From: Bdellovibrionales bacterium | Lineage (GTDB): Bacteria > Bdellovibrionota > Bdellovibrionia > Bdellovibrionales > UBA1609 | Length of the DNA stretch: 43,908 nt | Direction: 5' to 3' | Assembly (NCBI GenBank): GCA_050246815.1 | Contig: JBFWVI010000013.1 | Span: 19,545 to 63,452, forward strand | Shown: one piece after another, positions 15,729 through 25,949 of the stretch | Position numbering within the stretch: position 1 is the stretch's first letter | How the letters are laid out: each line of letters starts with the position of its first letter | Notes under the pieces: model-generated | Told to the model about the DNA's origin: nothing | Database searches by the model: none | What the model saw: only the letters and a program-made list of their open reading frames with translations | Made by a program: the position numbers and the translations under genes

Positions 15729-17846
15729 CTAGTTTTTCGGATATTCAGTCTGGACTAGACCAAGGGTCTTTCTTAAAAAAGACCACCTGACGGCGTTAAA
15801 ACGCATTTGATGATGGTAATTCGCCTGGACAAAAGTGTGCCCACCTTCATCGAGTTCGTGCAGATAGTACTCGGCGCCAAGCGCGGCCAAGCGTTTGGCA
15901 AATTGGCGAGAGTGTTGCGGTGATACCCGATCATCATTGGTCGCAGTTTGCAGTAAAAAAGCAGGCAGCCTAGAGCCGGCAGGAGTCAGGGCATGAACCG
16001 GTGAGTACTTTTTCAATTTTTCTAAATCTTCTGGCTTTCTTGGATCGCCGTATTCTGAGACGTAGATCAAATCATGGGTCCACTGAGTGAAATTCACCAA
16101 ATCAAAAATGCAAGATTGGCACGAGATAGCCCTAAAAAGATGGGGCTGTCGCATAGCCGCTAGCCCGACCCAGCGCCCACCGGTGCTAGAGGCGATCAAT
16201 CCCAGCTGCTCTGGAGTGGTGATTCCGCGTTTGAATAAATCCTCCGTGATGGCAAGCAGGTCTTGAGCACCAATATCAGAAGGACCTAAAGTTTTTTGAT
16301 TCTCTTTCCAGCCACGTTCAGTGGTGCCGCGTATGAGGGCTGTGATGTAAATGCCACCGTCTTTGAGCCAGAGTTCAAGGCTGTCACGACTAAAATCCGA
16401 AGCTCCTTGGGTGTTAAAGCCACCGTAGGCCTCCATAATCGTTGGGGCCGGCTTACCTTTGTCTCTGTTTATTTTTTGCGTGATCAGGTACGGGGTGGGG
16501 GCATGATTTGTTGAGCTCGTCCAATAAATTTCTTGGATCATCTCGTCATCCATGTTGATGGTGCTTTGAGACTCCGTACCCAGAAATTTTCCATTCTGTA
16601 GAACGAGGGTGGCAATAGAATGCAAGAGGTTGTGAGAATGAATGCGCCAAGCGTTTTTTCTTTTACGGTCATCTGTGATGTCAATATAAGGTGCTTGATC
16701 GCTTAAAATTTCTTCGCTCGATTTCACCCTGCCGTTTTGGATTTGTAGGGTTTTAAATGTGATGTAGTTAAGGTGTCGAATCGCGATTAAAATCGAATTT
16801 TCGCTCACTTTCACGTGTTCAACTGCCTGATGTTCTTCGGGTTGCCAAAGAATTTTGTATTTAAGGGTTCCCGAGATGATATTTCGTCGATGCACGGCGA
16901 TCACAGTGCCTGGGGCATGCCAGCGGCCGTCGTTTTCTGGTCTCGAGTGAGTGAAGCTCAGAATCAGATAAGGGCCGATCGCTCCTTCAAGTGAGACAGT
17001 CGAGTTGAGTGGCAGGGGATGAAAAGCGCCACCATTGAAACGCAAATAGCTGCGGGCGGAATGATAGCTTTCAAACTGCTGATCCATCAAGACGGTGTCA
17101 CTTTGAACGCTGAGACTGGTCAACTCGTGAAACTGATAACGTGCGCCAAGACGAATAAGGACTTTCGCATCTTTCAGTTTTGTACCGCGAGTCCATTGGC
17201 GAACCAGGCGCGGATGCCCTGAAAGAGTGAGTCGACTGGGGTTTTCTTCCGCGACAACCAAAATCGTGTCACTGTTGTGCCAAATGACTTGGTTTCGCCC
17301 CTCTGGAACATAAAAACCATTCACGACGAAATCGAGAGTGTTCAAATCAAATTCACGTACAATGGTTTGATCGCGTCCGCTTAAAGAAAGGCTGACAAGG
17401 CAACGCGAGCGATAGCAGTCAACGGCCTGCAGTGACCAGGGTTTTTTTTCAAGCCGCGCAAGGCTGGTCACATCAAGAACTGTTTGCCAATCATCCGCAT
17501 TTGCTTTGCGGAGTCTACGCAAAAGAATGCCACGGGGGTTTTGCTCTGTGACTTGGTGTTCATATTGATAATCCCCGTGATCGAAACTGAAGGTCATGGG
17601 GGCATCTTCGTTTATTCGTTCGAATGTTCTTTTAATCCAATGCACGTCGGGGTTTTTATGAAGCCACTTTTCTTCGGTTCGAATGGTTTCATACTGAGTG
17701 CCATGGGTTTTGACTTCGGTGGGTTCAAGCGCCTTATCGCAATCGGCGGGGGTTTCCGCCATGGACGGTGGGAGCACGGACAGCCCGACGGCCAAGATGA
17801 TAAATTTGAAAAACCAAATTTTTAAATGAATCGCCTCGCCCCCCAT
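15729..17846 (-). CDS. Secreted prolyl oligopeptidase-family (S9) serine peptidase
   Basis: Beta-propeller region (SLSGRD...VREFD), AYGGF, IRG..E.G, nucleophile elbow ASSTGG, EYGDP, NDDRV (Asp), GGH (His). Confidence 0.88.
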   Translation of the reverse strand: MGGEAIHLKIWFFKFIILAVGLSVLPPSMAETPADCDKALEPTEVKTHGTQYETIRTEEKWLHKNPDVHWIKRTFERINEDAPMTFSFDHGDYQYEHQVTEQNPRGILLRRLRKANADDWQTVLDVTSLARLEKKPWSLQAVDCYRSRCLVSLSLSGRDQTIVREFDLNTLDFVVNGFYVPEGRNQVIWHNSDTILVVAEENPSRLTLSGHPRLVRQWTRGTKLKDAKVLIRLGARYQFHELTSLSVQSDTVLMDQQFESYHSARSYLRFNGGAFHPLPLNSTVSLEGAIGPYLILSFTHSRPENDGRWHAPGTVIAVHRRNIISGTLKYKILWQPEEHQAVEHVKVSENSILIAIRHLNYITFKTLQIQNGRVKSSEEILSDQAPYIDITDDRKRKNAWRIHSHNLLHSIATLVLQNGKFLGTESQSTINMDDEMIQEIYWTSSTNHAPTPYLITQKINRDKGKPAPTIMEAYGGFNTQGASDFSRDSLELWLKDGGIYITALIRGTTERGWKENQKTLGPSDIGAQDLLAITEDLFKRGITTPEQLGLIASSTGGRWVGLAAMRQPHLFRAISCQSCIFDLVNFTQWTHDLIYVSEYGDPRKPEDLEKLKKYSPVHALTPAGSRLPAFLLQTATNDDRVSPQHSRQFAKRLAALGAEYYLHELDEGGHTFVQANYHHQMRFNAVRWSFLRKTLGLVQTEYPKN

Positions 17847-17931
17847 ATCGAAAACTTAAAGAACCAAAGATTCTTTCGTCAAACTTTGATATGAAGCCTT
17901 GTTTTAAAGTTTTAATGCGTAACGTATTTAC

Positions 17932-17962
17932 AAAAAAAAGACCCGCGCTCGCGCGGGTCTTT
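17932..17962 (-). terminator. Rho-independent terminator of hppA
   Basis: AAAGACCCGCGC-TC-GCGCGGGTCTTT with an A8 run on the plus strand (U-tract on minus), about 30 nt after the hppA stop. Confidence 0.85.
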
Positions 17963-17990
17963 GATAATAGACAAGAATATTTCGTGGCTT

Positions 17991-20465
17991 TTAGTTACCG
18001 CGAATGCGCATTCCGTAGAACGAGCGCCATACGAAGAACAGGCCGCCAAGCAGCATGACGATCGCGATATACGTGGCGGTGTGGCTGACGGGTGCATTCG
18101 GATCGACGACTGCGGGTGCGCCGCCATGACCGGGGGCATGACCAGACATACGAACCGCGATTTCAACCGCCAGAAGGCCAAACAAAGTGGTGAATTTGAT
18201 GATCGGGTTTAAGGCCACGCTGGCCGTGTCTTTGAAGGGGTCACCAACGGTATCACCCACGACTGCCGCCGCGTGCAGCTCGGTGCCTTTTTGCTTTAAA
18301 TCGACTTCCACCATTTTCTTGGCATTGTCCCATGCGCCGCCGGCGTTGGCCATGAACATGGCCTGGAACAAACCAAAGACCGCGATTGAGATCAAGTAGC
18401 TGGCGAAGAAAGTGGGGTCGAAGAAGGCGAAAGCCAGGGTCAAACAAAACACCACGCCAAAGATGTTAACCATCCCTTTTTGCGCGTACTGTGTGCAGAT
18501 CTTCACCACATGTTTGGAGTCTTCAACCGAAGCTTTTTTGGTGTTTGAGTCGAGTTTGATATTCTTTTTGATAAACTCCACCGCACGATAAGCGCCGGTC
18601 ACAACCGCTTGCGTCGAAGCTCCTGAGAACCAGTAGATCACCGAACCGCCGCAGATCAGGCCCAAGAGAACGCGCGGATCCAAAAGATCCAGGCTCAGGT
18701 TGAGCATTAGGATGATCGAGAAAATCATCGTGGTTGCACCAATCACGGCAGTGCCGATCAAAACCGGTTTAGCGGTGGCTTTGAAGGTGTTACCTGCCGA
18801 ATCATTTTCTTCTAGGTACAATTTGCCTTGTTCAAAGTTCGGTTTGAATTTGAACTCTTTCTCGATTTCGCTGCTGATGCCGGGAAGTTGTTCGATTTGC
18901 GACAACTCAAACACCGATTGTGCGTTGTCGGTCACGGGGCCGTACGAATCAACCGCGATGGTCACAGGGCCCATGCCAAGCATGCCAAAGGCCACAAGAC
19001 CGAAGGCGAACACTGCCGGATGAATCATGAATTGCGACAAACCCATGTCGCTGGTCCAGTAGGCAACGAACATCAGGCCCGCGATGACCATGCCTTTCCA
19101 GAAGGCCGAAAAGTTACCGGCAACGATGCCGCTTAAAACGTTCAAAGAGGCGCCGCCCTCTTTTGAGGCTTCAACCACTTCGGCGACGTGTTTTGATTTA
19201 GCCGAGGTGAAGATTTTGGTCACTTCGGGGATCACGGCGGCGGCGATAGTACCGCAGCTGATGATGGTTGAAAGCTTCCACCACATACCGTTGTCCAACT
19301 GACCCAGCATGTAATAGCTAACCACATAAGTCACCACGATCGAAAGTAGTGAAGTCACCCAAACCAGTGCGGTCAACGGGGCTTCAAAATCAAAGTGGGC
19401 TTTGCTTGAGTAGGCCGCCTTCGAGAAAGCCATAGTCACCCAGTACGACACAATCGAAGTCAAAATCATCAAAATGCGCATCGCGAAGATCCACACGATG
19501 AATTTTCCCTGCAGCACTTGACCGTCAGGCATCAGCGCGCGCACGCCGTCGCCGCCGATCTGCATACCTACGGCCAAGATGATAAAGGTGATCAGGGCCA
19601 CGCCCGTCACGCCATAAGTTTCAAAACCGTCAGCCGTTGGGCCGACAGAGTCACCTGCGTTGTCGCCCGTGCAATCTGCAATCACGCCCGGGTTACGAGC
19701 ATCGTCCTCTTTAATTTTGAAAACGATTTTCATCAAATCTGAACCGATATCGGCGATCTTGGTGAAGATGCCGCCGCAAACGCGAAGGGCCGAAGCTCCC
19801 AAAGATTCACCGATTGCAAAACCGATAAAGCAAGCGCCGGCTGATTCCGGCGAAACCAGCATCATGATTAAAAGCATAAGGATCAGTTCCACGCAGATCA
19901 AAACTACGCCGATCGACATGCCTGAGCGAAGCGGGATGTCCATGACCGGGTAGGGACGGCCTGCCAAAGAGGCAAAGCTAGTGCGACTGTTTGCGTATGT
20001 GTTCAGGCGGATACCAAACCACGACACGGCAAACGAACCCAAGATCCCCAAAACCGACCACAGCAGAATTAAGCCAACACGATCGAAGGTGAAATCCATC
20101 AAGAAGCCGAAGTAACCCACGATACAAACCGCAATAGCCGCTTCCAGCACGATTAAGAGCTTACCCTGCTGAAGCAGATAGGTTTTGCAGGTCTCGTAGA
20201 TTAACTCTGAAACTTCGCGCATCGAGCGATGCACAGGAAGGTTTTTGATGCCGATGAATTCTTTCATGCCGAAAGCAATTCCAAGCAATGAGACCACGAT
20301 ACCCAACATCAAAATGGTGTTGCCATTCATATCACCCAAGAGTGGGAAGGTGACGTTGAGATTGGGCAACACCAAATCGGCTTCCGAGGCCGAGGCCCAA
20401 GGGGTATGCAAAACGCCAAAAGTTAAGGCGCTAAGCTGAACAAGACGCTTCAACATATCTTTCAT
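17991..20465 (-). CDS. hppA: Membrane-bound ion-translocating pyrophosphatase (K+-independent, divergent type)
   Basis: GGIFTKIADIGSDL, EDDARNPGVIADCTGDNAGD, DSYGPVTDNA, GNTFKATAK, GGAWDNAKK, GDTVGDPFKDT. Confidence 0.96.
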   Translation of the reverse strand: MKDMLKRLVQLSALTFGVLHTPWASASEADLVLPNLNVTFPLLGDMNGNTILMLGIVVSLLGIAFGMKEFIGIKNLPVHRSMREVSELIYETCKTYLLQQGKLLIVLEAAIAVCIVGYFGFLMDFTFDRVGLILLWSVLGILGSFAVSWFGIRLNTYANSRTSFASLAGRPYPVMDIPLRSGMSIGVVLICVELILMLLIMMLVSPESAGACFIGFAIGESLGASALRVCGGIFTKIADIGSDLMKIVFKIKEDDARNPGVIADCTGDNAGDSVGPTADGFETYGVTGVALITFIILAVGMQIGGDGVRALMPDGQVLQGKFIVWIFAMRILMILTSIVSYWVTMAFSKAAYSSKAHFDFEAPLTALVWVTSLLSIVVTYVVSYYMLGQLDNGMWWKLSTIISCGTIAAAVIPEVTKIFTSAKSKHVAEVVEASKEGGASLNVLSGIVAGNFSAFWKGMVIAGLMFVAYWTSDMGLSQFMIHPAVFAFGLVAFGMLGMGPVTIAVDSYGPVTDNAQSVFELSQIEQLPGISSEIEKEFKFKPNFEQGKLYLEENDSAGNTFKATAKPVLIGTAVIGATTMIFSIILMLNLSLDLLDPRVLLGLICGGSVIYWFSGASTQAVVTGAYRAVEFIKKNIKLDSNTKKASVEDSKHVVKICTQYAQKGMVNIFGVVFCLTLAFAFFDPTFFASYLISIAVFGLFQAMFMANAGGAWDNAKKMVEVDLKQKGTELHAAAVVGDTVGDPFKDTASVALNPIIKFTTLFGLLAVEIAVRMSGHAPGHGGAPAVVDPNAPVSHTATYIAIVMLLGGLFFVWRSFYGMRIRGN

Positions 20466-20513
20466 GCTGTCCTCTTAATAAGGGTTAAAACTTTTGCTTA
20501 TCTGGAGACGGGC

Positions 20514-20544
20514 ATTCTTAGCCTTCACTTTGGCGGCTTGTCAA
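20514..20544 (-). promoter_or_regulatory. Possible sigma70 promoter for hppA
   Basis: Minus strand TTGACA-N18-TAAGAAT, about 50 nt upstream of the ATG. Confidence 0.4.
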
Positions 20545-20578
20545 AAACTCATATCGAAATGGCGGAGGTTCCAGATTA

Positions 20579-22699
20579 CTATTGCGATGCGTTATCAAGT
20601 CTATTTAAGCGAAGAGAGTTTGCGATCACGGCCACGGAACTCAGACTCATCGCCAAGCTTGCGAACATAGGATTTAAAAGTAACCCGAACGCCGGGTACA
20701 GAATGCCCGCAGCCAAAGGAATTCCAAGTGCATTATATAGGAAGGCCAGCCACAGATTTTGACGGATATTCTTCACCGTGGCATGGGCAATATCTAAAGC
20801 ACGCAAAAGTCCACTGAGATCACCTTGCAACAGGGTGATCCCCGCGCTTTCAATCGCGACATCGGTGCCATTACCCATAGCCACGCCCACATGGGCCTGA
20901 GCCAGGGCGGGGGCATCGTTGATACCGTCGCCGACCATGGCAACATTTTCACCGGCCATTTGCATTTTTTTGATCACTTCGAATTTTTGATCGGGACGGA
21001 CATCGGCATGGACCTCATCGATTTTTAATCTCTGGGCCACGGCCTCCGCCGCACTCTGATGATCACCGGTCAGCAGAGAAATTTTTAAACCCCGGGCGCG
21101 AAGTCGTTCGAGCACGGCCTCAGCCCCCTCTTTGATTGGATCATGGACAGACACCATGCCTTGAGCGCGACCTTCAGCTGCAATCAAGGCCACCATATAG
21201 CCCTCGCGCATCAAATTAACGGCCAGGGCCTCAAGCGGGCCAGGATTCACGCCCTCTTGGCGCAGCAGAGCCGCGCTGCCCACCACCATTTTTCGACCCG
21301 ATACAAAACCAGTGACGCCCAGACCCGAGACAGCCTTAAAATTCTCAACTTCTAGCAGTTCGAAACGTTTGGCTTTGGCGGCTTTTAAGATTGCGCGTGC
21401 AAAAGGGTGTTCGCTGGCCTTTTCAAGGCTGGCCACCCGTTGAAGTAAAGCCAGGTCCGAGAGTTTGCTGTCCAAAGAACGAATCGCATGCAGCTCAGGG
21501 GTGCCGCTGGTCAGGGTCCCGGTTTTGTCGAGCACCAGAGTTTTGACCTGGGTCAGCCGCTCAAGAGCCGTGGCATTTTTAAAAAGAACACCGCGGCGGG
21601 CTGCGACTCCGGTGCCCACCCTGATTGACATTGGTGTCGCCAAACCCAAAGCGCAAGGACAGGCAATGATCAAAACACTGATGGCGTTGACCATAGCAAA
21701 AGTCGCATCACCGCTAAGACTTAGCCAAATTGCAAAGGTGGCGATAGCAATTAACAACACGGCGGGAACAAAATAGGCTGAAACTTGGTCGGCGCGCTGT
21801 TGCAGAGGGGCCTGCGAGCGAGCGGCTTGATTGACCAAATTAATGATTCGAGCAAGTAAAGTGTTGGCACCAACTTTTTCCGCGACGATCACCAATTGGC
21901 CATCGCCGTTTAAGGTTCCCGCGCTGACGACATCACCATGAGTTTTCACCACTGGCATGGGCTCGCCAGTCAGCATGGCTTCATTGACCGAGCTTTGTCC
22001 CTCACTCACACGGCCGTCCACGGGAATTTTTTCACCGGGTCTAATGCGCAGGCGATCGCCAATTTGAACAGAGGTCAGCGCCACCTCGCGGTCTTGGCCA
22101 CCATCCACTTTCAGCGCGGTACTCGGCGAAAGTCGCACCAAAGCGCGGATGGATTGGCCGGTTTGCTCGCGGGCCTTCAGCTCCAAAACTTGGCCTAGCA
22201 AAACCAAGGTGACAATAACCGCAGCGGATTCGAAGTAAAATGGAATTGGTGTGGTAGAAAATAAAGCAAACACGCTTAAACCTAAAGCTGCCAGAGTTCC
22301 GATTGAGATCAAGGTGAACATATTGGCTTTTTTATTTTGTAGCGAAACAAAACCCTTTAGCAGCAAGGGCCAGCCACACCAAAACACCACGGGCAAAGTT
22401 AAGGCGGCTTCAAACCAACCGCGCCATGCTCCTTCAAGATGTAGCATGCTGGTGGTGAACACCGGCAAAGTCAGAGGAACCGCAATCATCAGGCGACGTT
22501 TGAAATCCACGAGTTCATGATTCACGGGTTCAACGTTTTGAACATGCTCGGGTTCAAGCGCCATGCCGCAAATGGGGCAAACACCCGGGCCTTTTTGTCG
22601 AACCTCGGGGTGCATGGGGCAGATGTAAAATAAATTCGGATCTTGTACCGATTGTGATTTGGCATCTGGGTGATGGGGACAGTTTGGACCGTGTTCCAT
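20579..22699 (-). CDS. copA: Cu(I)-translocating P1B-1 ATPase
   Basis: YICPMHP...CPICGM metal-binding domain, [26 protein letters not shown] and MSLSS. Start 22699 forms a TAATG overlap with the rnhA stop. Confidence 0.93.
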   Translation of the reverse strand: MEHGPNCPHHPDAKSQSVQDPNLFYICPMHPEVRQKGPGVCPICGMALEPEHVQNVEPVNHELVDFKRRLMIAVPLTLPVFTTSMLHLEGAWRGWFEAALTLPVVFWCGWPLLLKGFVSLQNKKANMFTLISIGTLAALGLSVFALFSTTPIPFYFESAAVIVTLVLLGQVLELKAREQTGQSIRALVRLSPSTALKVDGGQDREVALTSVQIGDRLRIRPGEKIPVDGRVSEGQSSVNEAMLTGEPMPVVKTHGDVVSAGTLNGDGQLVIVAEKVGANTLLARIINLVNQAARSQAPLQQRADQVSAYFVPAVLLIAIATFAIWLSLSGDATFAMVNAISVLIIACPCALGLATPMSIRVGTGVAARRGVLFKNATALERLTQVKTLVLDKTGTLTSGTPELHAIRSLDSKLSDLALLQRVASLEKASEHPFARAILKAAKAKRFELLEVENFKAVSGLGVTGFVSGRKMVVGSAALLRQEGVNPGPLEALAVNLMREGYMVALIAAEGRAQGMVSVHDPIKEGAEAVLERLRARGLKISLLTGDHQSAAEAVAQRLKIDEVHADVRPDQKFEVIKKMQMAGENVAMVGDGINDAPALAQAHVGVAMGNGTDVAIESAGITLLQGDLSGLLRALDIAHATVKNIRQNLWLAFLYNALGIPLAAGILYPAFGLLLNPMFASLAMSLSSVAVIANSLRLNRLDNASQ

Positions 22700-23454
22700 T
22701 AGCGACCTGCTTTCAGGCGTGAAGGGTCTAGACCCCATTCTCGGACGATGGCGATTTCATCCTCGGCGCTGGCGGCTTTTTTAAAACGCGCGCCAGGGCG
22801 CCCTTTGGTGGCAGCCTCGCACGAAGACCAATTGGCGTGCCGGGTCAGTTTGCCGTTCACGTAGCTTAAGTACGAATAAGCTGCTTTTTTAGTGGCACCA
22901 TTAAATTTGGTTTCAGGCAGTTTTTCAGGCTTGGGCAAAGTTAAAAGATCCAAATCGTAGCCTGGCAGGGGACCATTGTACAAAGAGGGGCGTGAGCCCT
23001 GGCTAAACGCCACCGCAATTTGATCACAGCGCTCATTGCCTGGCACATCGGTATGGCCACGCACATAGCGCCAATCCACTTTGTATTTGGGGCCACGGCG
23101 TTTGGTGACCTCTACCAGTCTTTGCCATAAATCCTGGTTGGCCACTTCAGCCCCATTGGCGGATTGCCAGCCGCGCCTTTGCCAACCACCGACCCACTGG
23201 GTAATGCCGCGAATAAGATACGTGGAGTCCGTGTAAAGTAAAACGCCGTGATCAAGACCGGCGACAAACTCCAGTGCCCTTAATGCGCCCATCATTTCCA
23301 TACGATTGTTGGTGGTGGAGCCTTCTCCTCCGCCCAGCTCAGTGACTTGGTGCCCTGGGGTTAGGACAATGGAGCCCCAGCCGCCAGGTCCTGGATTGCC
23401 TGAACAGGCCCCATCAGAATAGATTAAAATTTGGTTTGGGGGCAAAAATGACAT
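22699..23454 (-). CDS. rnhA: Ribonuclease HI with C-terminal viroplasmin-like (hybrid-binding) domain
   Basis: [32 protein letters not shown]...GNERCD. The tail [19 protein letters not shown] resembles the Cauli_VI domain. Start is 23454 or 23463. Confidence 0.92.
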   Translation of the reverse strand: MSFLPPNQILIYSDGACSGNPGPGGWGSIVLTPGHQVTELGGGEGSTTNNRMEMMGALRALEFVAGLDHGVLLYTDSTYLIRGITQWVGGWQRRGWQSANGAEVANQDLWQRLVEVTKRRGPKYKVDWRYVRGHTDVPGNERCDQIAVAFSQGSRPSLYNGPLPGYDLDLLTLPKPEKLPETKFNGATKKAAYSYLSYVNGKLTRHANWSSCEAATKGRPGARFKKAASAEDEIAIVREWGLDPSRLKAGR

Positions 23455-23527
23455 CGGCCTCAAACTTGGTTTCAGTTTAAGACCGATGTGATCAAAGATT
23501 CAGAGGTTTTGGCAACAAATTTTACGC

Positions 23528-24034
23528 TTATCGTCGACCGCAATCGCGACGAATTGAACGACCGCGCTCTTGCACCCAGTCACAGCGAACATAACGGCAA
23601 TCTCGGTATCCCGCGCGCCAGCACTGATTTTCAGCATCCATTTCGGCCTCTCGGCGATCTTCGCCACGACCGGTGAATGTGGCGAAGCGGCCATCTCGAG
23701 CACGGCCATCATATTGGCATTGCATCATATCGATTCTTTCTTCGCAGGTTTCTGTGCAGCTACCGTGTTCGCGCAAACATTCGCGACAGCTCAGGTGTCC
23801 ACGGCTGTGTTCTTCCCAACCATTGTCGCTGGCCGTGCAAAAAATTTGACCACGGCCAGGACGATCAGGCCGCCCGGGGCGGCCCGGACGGTCAATGCGG
23901 TCGCGGCCTTGAACGGCGTCGACCAGTTCAAGAAAATCACCTAAATCAAAGGCGAAAGATGGTGTCGAAAACAACATCAGCAGGCCCATCATTAAGCTTC
24001 GCCAGCTTAAGTTTTTAAAAGTGTTTGAGTTCAT
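23528..24034 (-). CDS. Secreted Cys/His-rich hypothetical protein with RPG repeats
   Basis: Signal peptide ...TPSFA, DRPGRPGRPDRPGRG linker, CTASDNGWEEHSRGHLSCRECLREHGSC. GGGGG RBS. Confidence 0.8.
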   Translation of the reverse strand: MNSNTFKNLSWRSLMMGLLMLFSTPSFAFDLGDFLELVDAVQGRDRIDRPGRPGRPDRPGRGQIFCTASDNGWEEHSRGHLSCRECLREHGSCTETCEERIDMMQCQYDGRARDGRFATFTGRGEDRREAEMDAENQCWRAGYRDCRYVRCDWVQERGRSIRRDCGRR

Positions 24035-24102
24035 ATGCCCCCCAGCTTTTTAATTTTGTGTGGAGCCTTTATGGCCCCAATTTTCTAACAAAGAAGAGCA
24101 TG

Positions 24103-24119
24103 AGCAAGGGGCATACCAA
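24103..24119 (-). promoter_or_regulatory. sigma54 (-24/-12) promoter
   Basis: Minus strand TTGGTATGCCCCTTGCT (GG-N10-GC), about 70 nt upstream of ATG 24034. Confidence 0.6.
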
Positions 24120-24219
24120 CAAAAGCGAAGGCGGAATGACACTGCATCAGAAGGAGCACAACGCGTTGCAAAAAATGAAAACTCATGACCTCGGCCGATA
24201 TAAATCGCAGACTAAAAAT

Positions 24220-25143
24220 ATGCAGCATGATCACAGTCACACTCATTCCGCGCACGGACACCATCATCATCATGGTGGCAGTGTGAAGCGTATCAAAACC
24301 GCGCTGTGGCTGAACATGGCCTTCACTGTGATTGAAATCATCGGCGGCCTTTGGAGTGGCAGTGTTGCCGTTTTGGCTGATGCGGTTCATGACTTTGGTG
24401 ATAGTCTTTCGCTTGGGCTGGCCTTGTATTTAGAAAAACGCTCTGAGACTGGCCCGACCACCAATTTCAGCTATGGCCTTAAGAGGCTTTCACTTTTGTC
24501 GGCGGCCATAACAGGCTTTGTTCTGATCACGGGTTCTATTTTTATTGGCGTTGAGGCTGTGCAGCGCCTGCTTTCTGGTGATCATGAGCCCTTTGGTTTG
24601 GGCATGATGGGCATGGCGGTGATTGGTTTGTCGGTGAACGGCTTGGCGGCTTGGCGCTTGATGAGCGGTCATACTCACAACGAAAAAATGCTGTCATGGC
24701 ATTTGATCGAAGATGTGATGGGTTGGGCCGCAGTTTTGATCGGATCTTTTTTTATTCACTTTGCCGGGTGGGCTTGGTTGGATCCCGTGCTGGCGCTGAT
24801 GATTTCGGGATTTGTCGGTTACAACGCCATTCGAAATTTGCTGCAGGTAACTTTAGTGTTTTTGCAGCGGATGCCCCACGGCCTTAATCGCGACACCCTA
24901 AAGAGCGAATTGAGGACCATTGCGGGAGTCCAAGACATCCACGATCTTCATGCCTGGACTTTGGATGGCGAACGCCATGTGATTTCCATGCATGCGGTTT
25001 TGGCGGTTTCGGCCGATGCGGCCAAGGTCAAACGCGAGATTCGTCATTTGGCCGGCCATCATGGATCGGTTCACACCACGATCGAAACGGAATCTGCGCA
25101 AGAGGCCTGCGTTGAAAACTGCGACGATAAACACACCCACTAA
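24220..25143 (+). CDS. Cation diffusion facilitator (CzcD/ZitB-like Zn/Co/Cd efflux)
   Basis: His-rich N-terminus, SVAVLADAVHDFGD, FSYG..R, HLIED, DIHDLHAWTL, HTTIE. Start revised to 24220. Confidence 0.93.
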   Translation: MQHDHSHTHSAHGHHHHHGGSVKRIKTALWLNMAFTVIEIIGGLWSGSVAVLADAVHDFGDSLSLGLALYLEKRSETGPTTNFSYGLKRLSLLSAAITGFVLITGSIFIGVEAVQRLLSGDHEPFGLGMMGMAVIGLSVNGLAAWRLMSGHTHNEKMLSWHLIEDVMGWAAVLIGSFFIHFAGWAWLDPVLALMISGFVGYNAIRNLLQVTLVFLQRMPHGLNRDTLKSELRTIAGVQDIHDLHAWTLDGERHVISMHAVLAVSADAAKVKREIRHLAGHHGSVHTTIETESAQEACVENCDDKHTH

Positions 25144-25274
25144 TTTTCAAGACGAAGAATTTGACTGGCGGGCAATAAGTACTGATCGCAATCAATACCG
25201 ATCAGTTTGATTGCCGAACATCGTTAAATGGGTCGTCTCTTGTGGTTCAAAAGAGATTAAGCCCATCTCATAAA

Positions 25275-25901
25275 TTAGCGCGCTAATCGATCGGCTTTGT
25301 CTTCCAGCGCGAAGACTTTCTTTTCCAAGCGGATCTTGTCCTGGCCCAAGCGACGGGTTTGACCACGCAATTTTTTAGTTTGCTTGTTCAGGCGGTTAAT
25401 TGATAGCTCGGCGTCGCGTTGGCGGGCGATCAGGCGAGCCTTTTCGCGTTCCAATTGGCGAATTTCTTTGCGGGCATCGTCGCGGGCTTCGCGGGCGTTT
25501 ATTGCATTTTTTTCGACACGGTCTGTTTTTGCACGCAATTTCTCGACTTGGGCTTTCAATTGGTCGCGGCTGTGGGTTACTTTACGTGCCTCGCGTTCGA
25601 TTCGGCCCAAAGTTTCAACACTTTGTTTGTACCGATCAGATTGTTTGTCGATGCGGCCATTCAGGCGCTCGCTTTCAGAGCGAAGACGAACGATTTGCGA
25701 TTCCAAATTGCGCGATTCTTTTTCAAGACGCTTGGCTTCTTTGCGGGCTTCGTCTTCAAGCATCTGTTGGTCCATGACTTCAAGCTCTTCCGCCTCTTTT
25801 TCGACATTCAAAGCATTCACGTCATCACGTAAAATATCTTTGTCATCAGCCAAAGCCACGGTTGAAGAGAGCATCAGCAAAACGGTCATTAAGGTTTTCA
25901 T
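25275..25901 (-). CDS. Secreted long coiled-coil protein
   Basis: Signal peptide MKTLMTVLLMLSSTVALA, then continuous heptads, acidic at the start and basic at the end. GAGGTG RBS. Confidence 0.82.
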   Translation of the reverse strand: MKTLMTVLLMLSSTVALADDKDILRDDVNALNVEKEAEELEVMDQQMLEDEARKEAKRLEKESRNLESQIVRLRSESERLNGRIDKQSDRYKQSVETLGRIEREARKVTHSRDQLKAQVEKLRAKTDRVEKNAINAREARDDARKEIRQLEREKARLIARQRDAELSINRLNKQTKKLRGQTRRLGQDKIRLEKKVFALEDKADRLAR

Positions 25902-25949
25902 AATTCACACACCTCTATAAACAGGCACACGCCTTCACGTGTTGATAAC

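Noticed and set aside
23528..24034. c-type cytochrome call for the Cys/His-rich protein
   Set aside because: The CREC motif is followed by Leu, not His, so there is no CxxCH.
24170..24201. FliA promoter (GCCGATAT) upstream of the CDF gene
   Set aside because: The -10 is imperfect and there is no convincing -35 at the right spacing.
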